From: an uncultured Gemmatimonadales bacterium | GTDB lineage: Bacteria > Gemmatimonadota > Gemmatimonadetes > Gemmatimonadales > Gemmatimonadaceae | NCBI GenBank assembly: GCA_963793305.1 | Contig: CAWBZV010000003.1 | Location: 1,184,001-1,248,000, forward strand | DNA length: 64,000 nt | Reading direction: 5' to 3' | Position numbers and translations under genes: made by a program | Shown here: piece by piece, positions 1-10,452 of the stretch | Position numbering within the stretch: position 1 is the first letter of the stretch | How the letters are laid out: every line of letters starts with the position of its first letter | Notes under the pieces: model-generated | The model's database searches: none | The model's input: the letters and a program-made list of their open reading frames with translations, nothing else | What the model was told of the DNA's origin: nothing

Positions 1-23
1 GCACCAGGCGGCGAGGCAGGCGA

Positions 24-578
24 TCACCATGGCTTGCGTTCTATCGCCCATCCCGCCGCGACGATCGCGACGACGGTCGAAACGGCGACCACGCGGAGTC
101 GAAGCGGCATCAGTCGATCCACGCCGACGAGCACGACCGCGACGGCGGACAGCACGACGATCTGCCCGAGCTCAATGCCGACATTGAACCCGAACAACGG
201 GAGGGCGACATGATCGACGAACAGGCTCCGCAGATAGTTGGCGAACCCGGCGCCGTGCACGAGCCCGAACACCCCGGCAAACACGGGCCGATATCTCCCA
301 CCGTCCCGGACGATGAGATTCTCGACCGCGGTCAGCATGATCGTCACGGGGATGAGAAATTCGATCCAGGACGACGGGAGGGTGAGCGCGCCGGTGACGG
401 CCAACGCGAGCGTGATCGAGTGCCCGATCGTGAACGCCGAGACGACCCACAACGCTCGGCGCCAATCACTGGGGCGGTAGATCGCGGCCAACGCCAACAA
501 GAACAGGATATGATCCGCGGCGCTCGGATCCACGATGTGCCGGAACCCGAGTTGCACGAACGTGAGCCAATCACTCAT
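24..578 (-). CDS. HupE/UreJ-family membrane protein
   Basis: Hydrophobic 184 aa ORF with HILFLLAL, FTIGHSITL, FGLVHGAGFA and FNVGIELGQ motifs typical of HupE/UreJ_2. Confidence 0.85.
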   Translation of the reverse strand: MSDWLTFVQLGFRHIVDPSAADHILFLLALAAIYRPSDWRRALWVVSAFTIGHSITLALAVTGALTLPSSWIEFLIPVTIMLTAVENLIVRDGGRYRPVFAGVFGLVHGAGFANYLRSLFVDHVALPLFGFNVGIELGQIVVLSAVAVVLVGVDRLMPLRLRVVAVSTVVAIVAAGWAIERKPW

Positions 579-1746
579 GGTGCAGCGCCCGCGCGATCAT
601 GCTCGCATGAAAAACGAGCTGGGGATCCTTGGTCCCTTGACTCAGTGCCATCGTCATCGCGCGCTGCGCTTCGGCGTACCGGCCACTGTGGTACAGCGCC
701 CAGGCGAGCACATCGTATCCGTAGATATCTCGGCGGGTGCGGAGCTCGAGGCGCGCCTTGCGCAGCACTTCCGGGACCCGAAGCGAGTGATCGAGCAAGA
801 ACAGGCTCCAGGCGCGATGATAGGCGCCAGGCTGGTGAGAGACCGCGACCTCCATCCCGTGGGCGAACTCCCGCGCTTGGGCCGTGTCGCCGAGCGCGAG
901 ATAGCTGTCGCTGATGGTCCCGAACGTCGCGGGATCGAGCGCGACCGCAACGGCCCGGTTGCCGTAGTCGATGGCGGACTGCCATTCGTGGCGGACCGCC
1001 GCCAGGTGGGCCATCGCAGCCAGGATGCGATAGTCGCCAGGGTGGAGCGCCAACCCCGTGGCGTACGCCTGAGCAGCGCTGTCCTCCTGCCCCATGCGCA
1101 GATCGAGATCACCGAGCCGCATCCAGAACCACGCGCGTTGCTCAGCCGGCAGATCAGGCCGGCGCTGAGCCGCGGCGATCGAGTGGCGGAGCAGCGTCTG
1201 CGCGCGCTCGGGATGTCCCTCGATCTCTTCCCATCGCGCGAGCCGGGGCGCGACAGAGAGGTTCCCAGCGTCCCGCCGGAGCGAATCGAACGTCGCCCGC
1301 GCCTCGTCGTATCGCCCGAGCTCGACGGCGATCTCGCCGCTCATGGCGCGATACGACAGTCGATCGGGGTCGAGCGACTCGAGACTCCGGGAGACGCCCA
1401 GCGCCTCGGCGAACCGGTGCTCTGACAGGAGGCTCGAGGCGAGCACCTGTGCAGCCATTGCATTTCGCGAGATGCGATTGCGCAGCGACCGGCGCGCCGC
1501 GTGCTCGGCGGCCAGAACGTCGTCGTAGTTGCCGCTCTCGCGGCTCCGCACGAGGTAGAGCTGCGCGACGCGCGCGAGATCCATCGCACCGGTCGGATCC
1601 CGACGCGCTCTCGCCTCGTAAAACTGAATATCGAGATCACGGATCTCCGCCTCGCTCCGCGGAGCCTTGGGCGCTTCCGGTGTCGGCGGCCGCTGACAGG
1701 CGCCGAGCGCGAGGAGGGCGGCGAGCGAAGCGAGACGGAGGCGCAT
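571..1746 (-). CDS. TPR-repeat lipoprotein
   Basis: Likely start is the ATG at 1746 (MRLRLASLAALLALGAC, lipobox), directly after the upstream stop. Ala-rich TPR-like helices; the RRDIYGYDVLAWALY motif is typical of TPR proteins next to DUF4331 genes. Confidence 0.75.
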   Translation of the reverse strand: MRLRLASLAALLALGACQRPPTPEAPKAPRSEAEIRDLDIQFYEARARRDPTGAMDLARVAQLYLVRSRESGNYDDVLAAEHAARRSLRNRISRNAMAAQVLASSLLSEHRFAEALGVSRSLESLDPDRLSYRAMSGEIAVELGRYDEARATFDSLRRDAGNLSVAPRLARWEEIEGHPERAQTLLRHSIAAAQRRPDLPAEQRAWFWMRLGDLDLRMGQEDSAAQAYATGLALHPGDYRILAAMAHLAAVRHEWQSAIDYGNRAVAVALDPATFGTISDSYLALGDTAQAREFAHGMEVAVSHQPGAYHRAWSLFLLDHSLRVPEVLRKARLELRTRRDIYGYDVLAWALYHSGRYAEAQRAMTMALSQGTKDPQLVFHASMIARALHHE

Positions 1747-1747
1747 T

Positions 1748-2278
1748 TTAGTTTGGATTCCCGACGTACGGGAACGCGGTGAGGTAATCCGTGTGCGCCG
1801 GCACATTGTCGTTGCACAAAGCGGGGCAACTATTGTCGGCACTCTCGATCAGCGTGCCGAAGATGGCATCGAGTCCCGCGGCAGTAACGTCGTCGCTTAG
1901 CTTCCGGCCACCGTAGCCATTGGCGAGCGCCCACGTGAGCCACCCGGCGGTCGACGGGTCTTTGTCCGTCTGCACAATGAGCATATCGGGCAACAACACT
2001 GCAGCGAGCGTGTTCTGCACGGTCGTATCGCGACCGGCCACTGTCGCGACAAAGTTCTTGAACTCGGGTTCGATGATCGTGTCATCCGCGGGCCCGAGCG
2101 CTCCGTGCACCGGATGGCTTCGCTTCGCGAGAAACACTTCGCTGACGAGCGGATTGCCGAGGCGCTGTACTTGATCGTACGCACGCGTCGTGCTCGGCCC
2201 CGTGGTCGTCGTCGTGTGATCGCTGGAGCACGCGACGCCGAGCGCCAACAGGCCGACGAGGGAAAGGCGGCGATACAT
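1748..2278 (-). CDS. DUF4331-family lipoprotein
   Basis: Lipobox (LGVAC), QVQRLGNPLVSE, GGRKLSDDV and C-terminal FPYVGNPN are all DUF4331-like. Confidence 0.7.
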   Translation of the reverse strand: MYRRLSLVGLLALGVACSSDHTTTTTGPSTTRAYDQVQRLGNPLVSEVFLAKRSHPVHGALGPADDTIIEPEFKNFVATVAGRDTTVQNTLAAVLLPDMLIVQTDKDPSTAGWLTWALANGYGGRKLSDDVTAAGLDAIFGTLIESADNSCPALCNDNVPAHTDYLTAFPYVGNPN

Positions 2279-2298
2279 ATTCGAGTAGTCTCCGATGA

Positions 2299-3010
2299 TT
2301 AGCGGCTGATGGTGCCCCAGAGGCCGAGCTTCGTGTTCCCGCCCGCCGTCAGCATCGACGTGGGAAGCTCGACGACGATCGACAGCACGTTGTGTCCCTT
2401 GACGTAGTCGATGCCGGGATTCCGGAACGAGGTGGCCGACTGCGTCGAGGGCAACTGGGCGAGCGGACCAGTGACCGGCTTGCGATCGGGCAGGATGCGG
2501 AAGAACTGCTCGAGGTCGATGAAGAACGGATCGCTGCGCGCGCCGGCGAACAGCTGAATTCCCGTGTTCGAGCCCAGCATCGTGTTCACTTTGCCCGTCA
2601 GGACGGGCTTGCTCGCCGTCAGCGTGTTCTGCATGGCGCCGACAACCGGTGGCGCGATCGGACCGTAGAGTGACACGGTCTGATTGGCGCCCGTGCCGGT
2701 AAACACGACCTGCATGACGAGATCTTCTTTCGCATCACCGCTGTTGTCGATCTTGAACTGGTACAGCAGGTTCGGATCGAACGACGTGCTCGGCGTTTCG
2801 GCCGGCGTCAGGAACGCCCAACTGTTCAGCACGAGCGCGATGCGGCCCGATGACGAGCCGGGGAACGCGTAGAAATCCGTCATATCCATTGACGGATTGA
2901 GCTCGAACGTCCGGGCTGTCCTGATGATCGGACGCCAAGACATGCCGCGTAGTCAGCACGCCGACGCCGAGCGCGACGACCACGCCGGCGACGAGCAGAC
3001 GAGAGTGCAT
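2299..3010 (-). CDS. DUF4331-family secreted protein (frameshift near 2905)
   Basis: GGAGG RBS before the ATG at 3010. Signal peptide plus ASDHQDSPDV continues in another frame as ELNPSMDMTDFYAF...FAGARSDPFFIDL...NVLSIVVELP. Confidence 0.75.
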
Positions 3011-3044
3011 TACCACCTCCAAGTGAGTGACATGTGCGGACTCT

Positions 3045-3122
3045 TACGCCACGATGCGTGGATCGGATCGGTCGCTTGACGCGACTGTGACGCGACAGAT
3101 CCGATGCGCGGAATTCTGCGTA
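3045..3122. promoter_or_regulatory. Back-to-back ECF-type promoters, GATCC-N16-CGTA on each strand
   Basis: Plus strand: GATCC 3098-3102 and CGTA 3119-3122. Minus strand: GATCC 3069-3065 and CGTA 3048-3045. Spacing is identical and both begin GATCCGAT. Confidence 0.6.
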
Positions 3123-3132
3123 TGTTTGATTC

Positions 3133-5074
3133 GTGCGCCGCGTCTTGATGGCTCTCGCGCTGGCTACGACGGCGGTATCCGCGCAAGACAGTACGAAGAA
3201 GGCGCTCGACACCGTACGCGTCGTGAGCCACGCCGATGACTTGCACGGCATCGCGCCGTCCGCGTCCGAAGGCCACGTCGATATAGAGGAGCTTCGCGCA
3301 CTCCCCCTCTCACGCGAGGGCGAGCTGCTGGAGACCGTGCCCGGCATGATCGTCACGCAGCACTCGGGCGAGGGCAAGGCGAATCAATATTTCGCGCGCG
3401 GGTTCAACCTGGATCACGGAACCGATTTCGCGACGAGCGTCGACGGGATGCCGGTCAACGATCCGTCGCACGCGCACGGCCAGGGCTACACGGATCTCAA
3501 CTTTCTGATCCCCGAGCTCGTAACGTCGCTGGACTACCGACTCGGCGTGTACTATGCCGATGTCGGCGACTTCGGCAGCGCAGGCTCGAGCGAGTTCCAT
3601 CTCGCCCAACACCTGGCCACGCCATTCGTGAGCCTCACGAGCGGCGAGAACGGCCTCAATCGCATCGTCGCCGCGGGTTCGGCCGGTGATCTCCTCGTTG
3701 CTGGTGAAGTCAAAGGCTACGACGGTCCGTGGCGACTGGCCGAAGAAGAGCGGAAGTTCAGCGGGCTCCTTCGCTACTCATGGAGCGACGTCTCGATCCT
3801 CGCCATGGGGTATCACAACAAGTGGCGGTCGAATGATCAAGTCCCGCTGCGCGCGATCGACGACGATGTCATCAGCCGCTTCGGGCAAATCGATAGCACC
3901 GATGGCGGCCAATCAGATCGCTATAGCCTCTCGGGCACCTGGCGTCATGTCGGAGCGCGTTCGCTTCAGACCGTATCACTCTACGGCATCGAATCGGACC
4001 TCAATCTCTACTCTGACTTCACGTATTTTCTCGAAGACCCCGTTCACGGGGACCAGTTCAATCAGCGCGAGCGCCGAACCACCCTCGGCGGCCAGGCGAC
4101 GGACGCCGTATCGCTCGGCAACGGCCAGACGCTGACCGTTGGCCTCCAGTTCCGAGACGACATCATCCCATCAACCGGTCTGTATCACACCGAGCACGAG
4201 GTGCGTCTGTGCACGGTACTCCAGGACCGCATCGACGAATGGAGCACGGGTGCATTCACCCAGCTCTCTTCACACTGGGAACCATGGTTTCGCACGGTGT
4301 TTGGCCTGCGCGGTGACGAGTACCAGTTCGAACGTCAACGGCGGCCATCGCGGAGCCAGCATCGCGAGCCCAAAGGCGTCCTTCATATTCACGCCATCGA
4401 ACGTGGTCGAGCTCTATCTCAACGGCGGTTTTGGTTTCCACAGCGACGACGCGCGCACGCCGGCGCTCGTCCGCTCACGCGGCGCCGAGGTCGGGCTTCG
4501 GACCGATCTGGCGAAAGGCTGGACGTCGACGGTTGCGTTCTGGGCGCTGAACCTGGACAGCGAGTTGATCTGGGACGGCGATCACGGGACCGACGCGCCA
4601 TCGTTCCCGAGCGACCGCTTCGGCGTCACGTGGTCGAATGTCTACCGCCCAATTCCTCAGCTCGCGTTCGACCTGGACGCATCGTATGTCCACGCCCGCT
4701 TCGTGGGCCAGGCGCAACCGTTCATTCCGGGCGCACTCGACAACACGCTCGTCGGCGGCATCACCTGGACGCCGGCCACGCATGGGATCTTCGCCGCGCT
4801 GCACGTCCGCCGCTTCGGCTCGTACCCATTGGTGCAAAGCGACAGTGTCCGCGCACCATCAACGATGGTCGCCAATGCCGACGCGGGATACTCGCTCGCC
4901 GCCGGCGTCCGCGTCCAGCTCACGCTGCTCAACATGTTCAATTCACTCGGCGACGACATCGACTACTACTACGCGTCGCGGCTCCCGGGCGAGCCCGCAT
5001 CAGGCGTGTTGGATCAGCACTTGCACCCGATCGAGCCGCGACAGCTCCGCGTGTCACTCTCCTGGGGCCTCTGA
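3133..5074 (+). CDS. TonB-dependent receptor (frameshift near 4330)
   Basis: Signal peptide; plug motifs LLETVPG, HSGEGKANQYFARGFNLDHGTD, HAHGQGYTDLN. Barrel C-terminus (LLNMFN...HPIEPRQLRVSLSW) lies in a second frame. Confidence 0.85.
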
Positions 5075-5629
5075 CGGCGGCCAGCCGAACAGCCGGTTGA
5101 CCGCCACGCGGAATCCGGGCAACACCTCGCCACCATCCAGGAACTCGCCGTTTCCGAGGATGTACGGCCGCGCATCCGGCGCGTGCACCGCCACGGTGCG
5201 CTTCTTCGGATCCGCGAGCCACACGAGGCGCGTCCCGTTCGCGAAGTACTCGGCCATCTTCGTAGCCATTTCGCGTGCAGAATTGCTCGGCGACAGGACT
5301 TCAACGGCGAGATCGGGCGTCAGGTCCGGGATTTCCGAGTCCCGCACTCCCTTGGCGCGCGCGTGAGTGATGAACGACACGTCTGGACGTCGAACCGTAT
5401 CCGGACCGCGTTGTGTCTGATAGTCCATCTCCGGCCACAAAAATCCGATCGGGTGCGTCTCCAGGTAGTGCTGGATGACGTAGCCAATCTGGCCGGCCGT
5501 ATATACGTGCGGACGTCGGGGCTGATCCCGTACCTCGAAGACGATGACCCCTCGCACGAGCTCGGTCTTGCCGTCGTCCAGGTCCAACGCCCCGTACTCA
5601 GCTGCTGTGTACAACCGTCTCTCACTCAT
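5054..5629 (-). CDS. Uma2/DUF820 family putative endonuclease
   Basis: ELVRG, RRPDVSF, PDLAVEVLSPSN, EYFANGTRLVWLADP, LPGF motifs. Confidence 0.9.
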   Translation of the reverse strand: MSERRLYTAAEYGALDLDDGKTELVRGVIVFEVRDQPRRPHVYTAGQIGYVIQHYLETHPIGFLWPEMDYQTQRGPDTVRRPDVSFITHARAKGVRDSEIPDLTPDLAVEVLSPSNSAREMATKMAEYFANGTRLVWLADPKKRTVAVHAPDARPYILGNGEFLDGGEVLPGFRVAVNRLFGWPPSEAPGE

Positions 5630-6177
5630 GCGGCGGCCAGCGGAAGAGCTTCTTCACCTCGCCCCGGAATCCAGGCAGCACGTCGCCGCCATCGAGAAAC
5701 TCCTCGCTGGCCAGTACGTGGGACAGCGCTCCGGGTGCGAGTACAGTGACCGTTCGCTTCATTGGATCAGGGATCCAAACGAGACGTGTACCCATGGCGA
5801 AGTACTCCGCGACCTTCTTCGCTATCTCTTGCTCCGTGTTGCTCGGCGACAGCACTTCGATCGCGAGATCGGGCGCCACTTGGACGAACTCATCGCCCTT
5901 CACTTTCTTGGCGCGCTCGTAGGTTAGAAAAGACGCGTTCGGACCGCGAACGGTGTCGGGATTACGCTCCGTCACGTATCCCACCCGCGCCAACGCCACG
6001 CCGATCGGGTGGGTCTCCAGATGATTTCCGATGGCGTACGCGATCTCGGCCCACGGTGAATGCGTGCGCCGGGAGCACCGGCCCCAGGACTTGGATGACT
6101 CCTCGCACGAGCTCAGTGCGCCTATCGTCCTCCAATTCCGCGTACTCCTCTGCTGTGTACAGTCGCATAAATCCCAT
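5622..6177 (-). CDS. Uma2/DUF820 family paralog (frameshift near 6050)
   Basis: N-terminus RLYTAEEYAEL...ELVRG and C-terminus PDLAIEVLSPSN...LPGF are in different frames; closely similar to the adjacent copy. Confidence 0.85.
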
Positions 6178-6291
6178 GTTAGCTCCTGGTTGTGGATCCC
6201 CGTAACGTGGAATCCGGCACGGTGCCGATTATCATCCGTGCGAGATGGTTATCATCGATAGCTCGTACCGACGTATTTCGTGAGACCTAAC

Positions 6292-8032
6292 ATGCCCAGA
6301 CTGTTCGCCTTGCTCGCTCTCGCCGCCCTGCCATTGCAGGCGCAGCGCATTCTCGTGTCGCTCCCCGCGAACGCAACGTCGCTCCCACGTGATGGCCGTC
6401 TCATTCTGCTACTCTCGACTGACAGCACCGACGAGCCACGCCATCAGATCAACTATCACGACAACACGCAGCAGATGTTCGGGATCAATGTCCACGACCT
6501 GAGCTCGTCGCATCCCGGCGTGTTCGACACGAAAGTCTTCGGGTATCCAAAGGAGAGCTTGGCCGACGTACCAGTTGGCGATTACTGGATCCAGGCCGTC
6601 CTGCATCCCTACGAGGTCTACCACCGGGGCGACGGTCACACGGTCGAGCTGCCGCCGGATCACGGCGAAGGCCAGCACTGGGAGAGCGCACCGGGCTCGC
6701 CGATGAGCCGGCCGACGCATATCCACTTCGATCCGCATAGCGGCAATCTGATTCGCATCACGCTCGACACGGTGATGCCACCGCTGCCGGAGACCCCCGA
6801 CACGAAGTACGTCAAGCACATTCGCATCCAGAGCGATCGCTTGACCAAGTTCTGGGGCCGGCCGACCTACCTCGGCGCGATCGTGTTGCTGCCCGAGGGA
6901 TTCGATACGCATCCCGACGCGCACTATCCGCTGGCCGTCTACGAGGGCCACTTCCAGCGCGCACCCTCGGGGTGGCGCGAGGAGCCGCCGGATATGACGC
7001 TGCCCGCGCCAAACCTCGAGGAGATTGCCCACGATTGTCCGAATGGCAGCGCCTTGGAACACTGCGATCGCGCCGCCATACGGCGTCTCGGCCAAGAACA
7101 ATCGTACGCGTTCTATAAGCAGTGGACCGGACCGGGCTTCCCACGCGTCATCATGGTCACGATCCAGCACGCCAACCCGTACTATGATGATTCGTACGCG
7201 GTGAACTCGGCCAACGTCGGCCCGTACGGTGACGCGATCACGTATGAGCTGATCCCGTACATCGAGCAGCACTATCGCGGCCTTGGGCCCTGGGCTCGCT
7301 CACTCTACGGCGGCTCCACGGGCGGCTGGGAAGCACTCGGCGTGCAAGTGTTCTATCCCGATCAGTACAATGGCGCCTGGGCATTCTGTCCCGATCCGAT
7401 CGACTTCCAGGCCTACACGAACATCGACCTCTATCACGACAAGAACGCGTATTACTCCGAGGGCTACTGGCGCCGCACGCCGCGCCTCGGGGAGCGCACC
7501 TACCTCGGCCAGGAGCTTTCGACCGTCGAGCAGCAGAACATGGTGGAGCTCGTGCGCGGAACGCACTCGCGCTCCGGCGAGCAGTGGGACATTCTGGGAG
7601 GCCGTGTACTCGCCCATCGGCACGGACGGATATCCGCAACGGATCTGGGACAAGCGCACCGGTGTGATCGACACGAGCGTCGCCGCCTATTGGCGGGAGC
7701 ACTATGACCTCGTGCACATCATGCAACGCGACTGGGGCACGCTGGGGCCGAAGCTCAAGGGCAAGATCCACTTGTACGCCGGGCTGTCCGATTCGTGGAT
7801 GCTGAACGATGCCGTCTACCTGGCCGAAGACTTCCTGAAGTCGACCCACGACCCGGCGGCCGACGCCGTCGTCGAGTACGGGGCACGGGATGAGCATTGC
7901 TGGACCGGGGATCACGATCACCCGAACACCATCGGGCGCGGGACTACGAACGAGCGGATCATCCCGCAGATGGTGAAACGCTGGCTGCAAACCGCACCCG
8001 CGGGGGCCGATACAACCAGTTGGCGATATTAG
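6292..8032 (+). CDS. Secreted alpha/beta-hydrolase (putative esterase; frameshift near 7590)
   Basis: Signal peptide, SDRLTKFWGRP, DSYAVNSANVGPYG and nucleophile elbow GGSTGG; C-terminal half is in ORF 7283..8032. Confidence 0.8.
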
Positions 8033-8126
8033 GTGTCCCAGGGACTAGCCGGGCCGCCCCGCGAGACGGCCAGGTCGCCAACGCCTGGTTGTCCGAGGCG
8101 GCGGATATCCCCAACGTGCCCTACGG

Positions 8127-9746
8127 ATGATCATTCCACTGCTGCTCCAACTCTGGGTCGCCGATACGACCTTTGGCCCCCGCGCGCGGGGTGAGCTCGT
8201 CATCGACGGGTCTTCGGCACACATCGCCAGCCTGACGGCTCAGGTCCGCCGCGCCGGCGATTCCGTCATGGTGACATTCCCCGATTCGCAGGGCGCGTTT
8301 CGCGGCGTTCGCCGCACGGGGGACTCGATCACTGGCTTTTGGGTCCAGCCGCGCGGAATGGTGAGTGGCGTGAAGTACGCGACACCCGTCATGCTGCGCC
8401 GCATTGGATCGGACAAATGGCGCGGCGAGGTCCAGCCGCTCAACGAGCATTTCACGCTCTATATGCGCATGGTGCGTGACTCGGGCGTGACGTTTCGCGT
8501 GCCCGAGCGCAATTACCTCGGTGGCCAGGGCTACGCACGGTACTTCATACAGCACGACGGTGACTCGGCGCGCTTTGTCGACACCACGCACACGTTCGAG
8601 TCGTTCTCGGGTCGCATGGCCGGGGATCACATTGTCCTCCATTGGCCTAGCGTCGAGGTGCCCGTGACGTTGCACCCGGTGTCGATCGCTCAGATCGCGA
8701 ACTATTACCCTCGCCCGCCTGGTGCGAAGTACGCGTACAAGGCGCCAGTGGCTGACGGCGATGGGTGGCGCGTTGCCCGCGCGTCGGACGTTGGCATGGA
8801 CGAAACCGCTTTGGCCGCGATCGTACAGGAGATCGGTGCGATCGACCCAGTGCCGCGAACAGCGCCACTGATCCAGTCGCTCGTCATCGCGCGCCATGGC
8901 CGCCTCGTGCTCGACGAATATTTCTTTGGCTTCGACGCCGATCGGCTGCACGACCTGCGATCGGCCAGCAAGACGATCACGTCGGTGATGGCCGGCGCCG
9001 CGAAGATCGACATGAGCGCCCCAGCGTATCCGGTGTTCGGAGACACGCAAGCCGATAGGGCGCGTATCACCGTCGGCCATTTCCTGACCCATAGCTCAGG
9101 TCTAGCGTGCGACGATAACGATGACAACTCGCCGGGCAACGAAGACAAGATGTACAACCAGACCGCACAACCGGACTGGTATCGTTTCATCCTCGACCTG
9201 GCGGTCGTGCACGACCCGGGGACGGTCTATGCCTATTGCTCCGGCGGCATCAACGTAGCCGCGGGTGTCGTCGGCCGGACGACCGGCACGTGGATCCCCG
9301 CCTTCTTCGCGCAGAAAGTCGCCGAGCCGCTCGGCATTCACCGTTGGGCGATGAACTTGACGCCAACGGGCGATGGGTATGGCGGCGGTGGACTCTATCT
9401 CCGACCACGCGATCTCTTGAAGCTCGGCGTCGCGTATCTCGACAGCGGCGTCTGGCAAGGCCACCGCATCGTGAGCCCTGACTGGGTGCGCCAGTCAACG
9501 GCGCGCCAGATCGTCACGGGTCCCGAGAGCTGGGACGGCTATGGCTGGCACCTGAACATCCTCCATGCGCCCGGGCACGACTATCCGGATTACGAAGCCA
9601 CAGGCAACGGCGGCCAACTCCTGATCGTCGTCCCGGATCTCGACCTCGCGGTCGTGTTCACCGCCGCGAACTACAACCGCTATCCCATCTGGCGAACGTT
9701 CCGCGAGAATCTCACCGCGAAGGAGATCATTCCGGCGACGCACTAA
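8127..9746 (+). CDS. Serine hydrolase, beta-lactamase class C-like family
   Basis: SxxK (SASKT), LTHSSGL, YCS, LRPRDLLKLG, ATGNGGQ motifs. Confidence 0.85.
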   Translation: MIIPLLLQLWVADTTFGPRARGELVIDGSSAHIASLTAQVRRAGDSVMVTFPDSQGAFRGVRRTGDSITGFWVQPRGMVSGVKYATPVMLRRIGSDKWRGEVQPLNEHFTLYMRMVRDSGVTFRVPERNYLGGQGYARYFIQHDGDSARFVDTTHTFESFSGRMAGDHIVLHWPSVEVPVTLHPVSIAQIANYYPRPPGAKYAYKAPVADGDGWRVARASDVGMDETALAAIVQEIGAIDPVPRTAPLIQSLVIARHGRLVLDEYFFGFDADRLHDLRSASKTITSVMAGAAKIDMSAPAYPVFGDTQADRARITVGHFLTHSSGLACDDNDDNSPGNEDKMYNQTAQPDWYRFILDLAVVHDPGTVYAYCSGGINVAAGVVGRTTGTWIPAFFAQKVAEPLGIHRWAMNLTPTGDGYGGGGLYLRPRDLLKLGVAYLDSGVWQGHRIVSPDWVRQSTARQIVTGPESWDGYGWHLNILHAPGHDYPDYEATGNGGQLLIVVPDLDLAVVFTAANYNRYPIWRTFRENLTAKEIIPATH

Positions 9747-10382
9747 CGGATCATGTAGACCTTGCGCATGGTCTCATGGACCTCGCAGACGCCATTCCAC
9801 CCCGTGGGAAAACAGGCGAGCGTATCGGGCTCGATCTCGATAACGTCGCCGCTCTCGTGCCAGTACGTGGCACGGCCCGCGATGAAATGACAGAACTCAT
9901 CTTTGCTCACGCCGCACCGCCGAGATGCCCGGCGTGCACGTCCAGACGCCCGACTCGGCGCGCCGGCCGCTCTCGGGCTGCTCGCGGCTCATGAGAATCC
10001 CGGCGGTGTGAGACTGCCCCTCGATCATCGTCGACACCGGTCCCCGATCGACGAGTGGCTCGGCGGTTAGCGCGCCGCGCAACACCGGAGTCCGGTCGCT
10101 CGGGCCGCCGGGACAACGCATATAACTCGCGACGAACGGGTCTTGGACCTCGGCCGCGCCGCGCCATCCCTCCTTGAAATGGATCACGTCGCCCTGCTCG
10201 ATGGCGGTGTCGCCGAACCTCGCGGCGCCGCGAAGGCAAAACCACAGCTCGTCGGCCGCGAAATCGAGCGCGCCGCTCGTGACACGGCGAAGGCCGACTT
10301 CGGCGAGCGGGTCCGCGCGCGTGAACAAGACCCGTGAATCTAACGTTTGCGAGGCATTCGCGATGTGCGGCGCAGAGCTCAT
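9743..10382 (-). CDS. Tandem cupin (DUF861/EutQ-like) protein (frameshift near 9920)
   Basis: Manual translation: DELWFCLRGAARF...GDVIHFKEGWRG and ESGVWTCTPG / DEFCHFIAGRATY...CFPTGWNGVCEVHETMRKVYMIR*, i.e. two cupin repeats. Confidence 0.7.
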
Positions 10383-10452
10383 GAGACTTTTCTTAGGCTG
10401 GTACGTCCAGTGATCGTTGCGCATCAGCGAGGACGGCATCACGACTAATCGT

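Noticed and set aside
5054..6177. Uma2 pair as a restriction or defence island
   Set aside because: There are no methyltransferase, mobility or other defence genes nearby.
10225..10320. GGCAAAACC...GAAA segment resembling a c-di-GMP-I riboswitch upstream of the MCP
   Set aside because: The expected P2 pairing and the GCAAAG element are missing, and the segment lies within the cupin coding region on the opposite strand.
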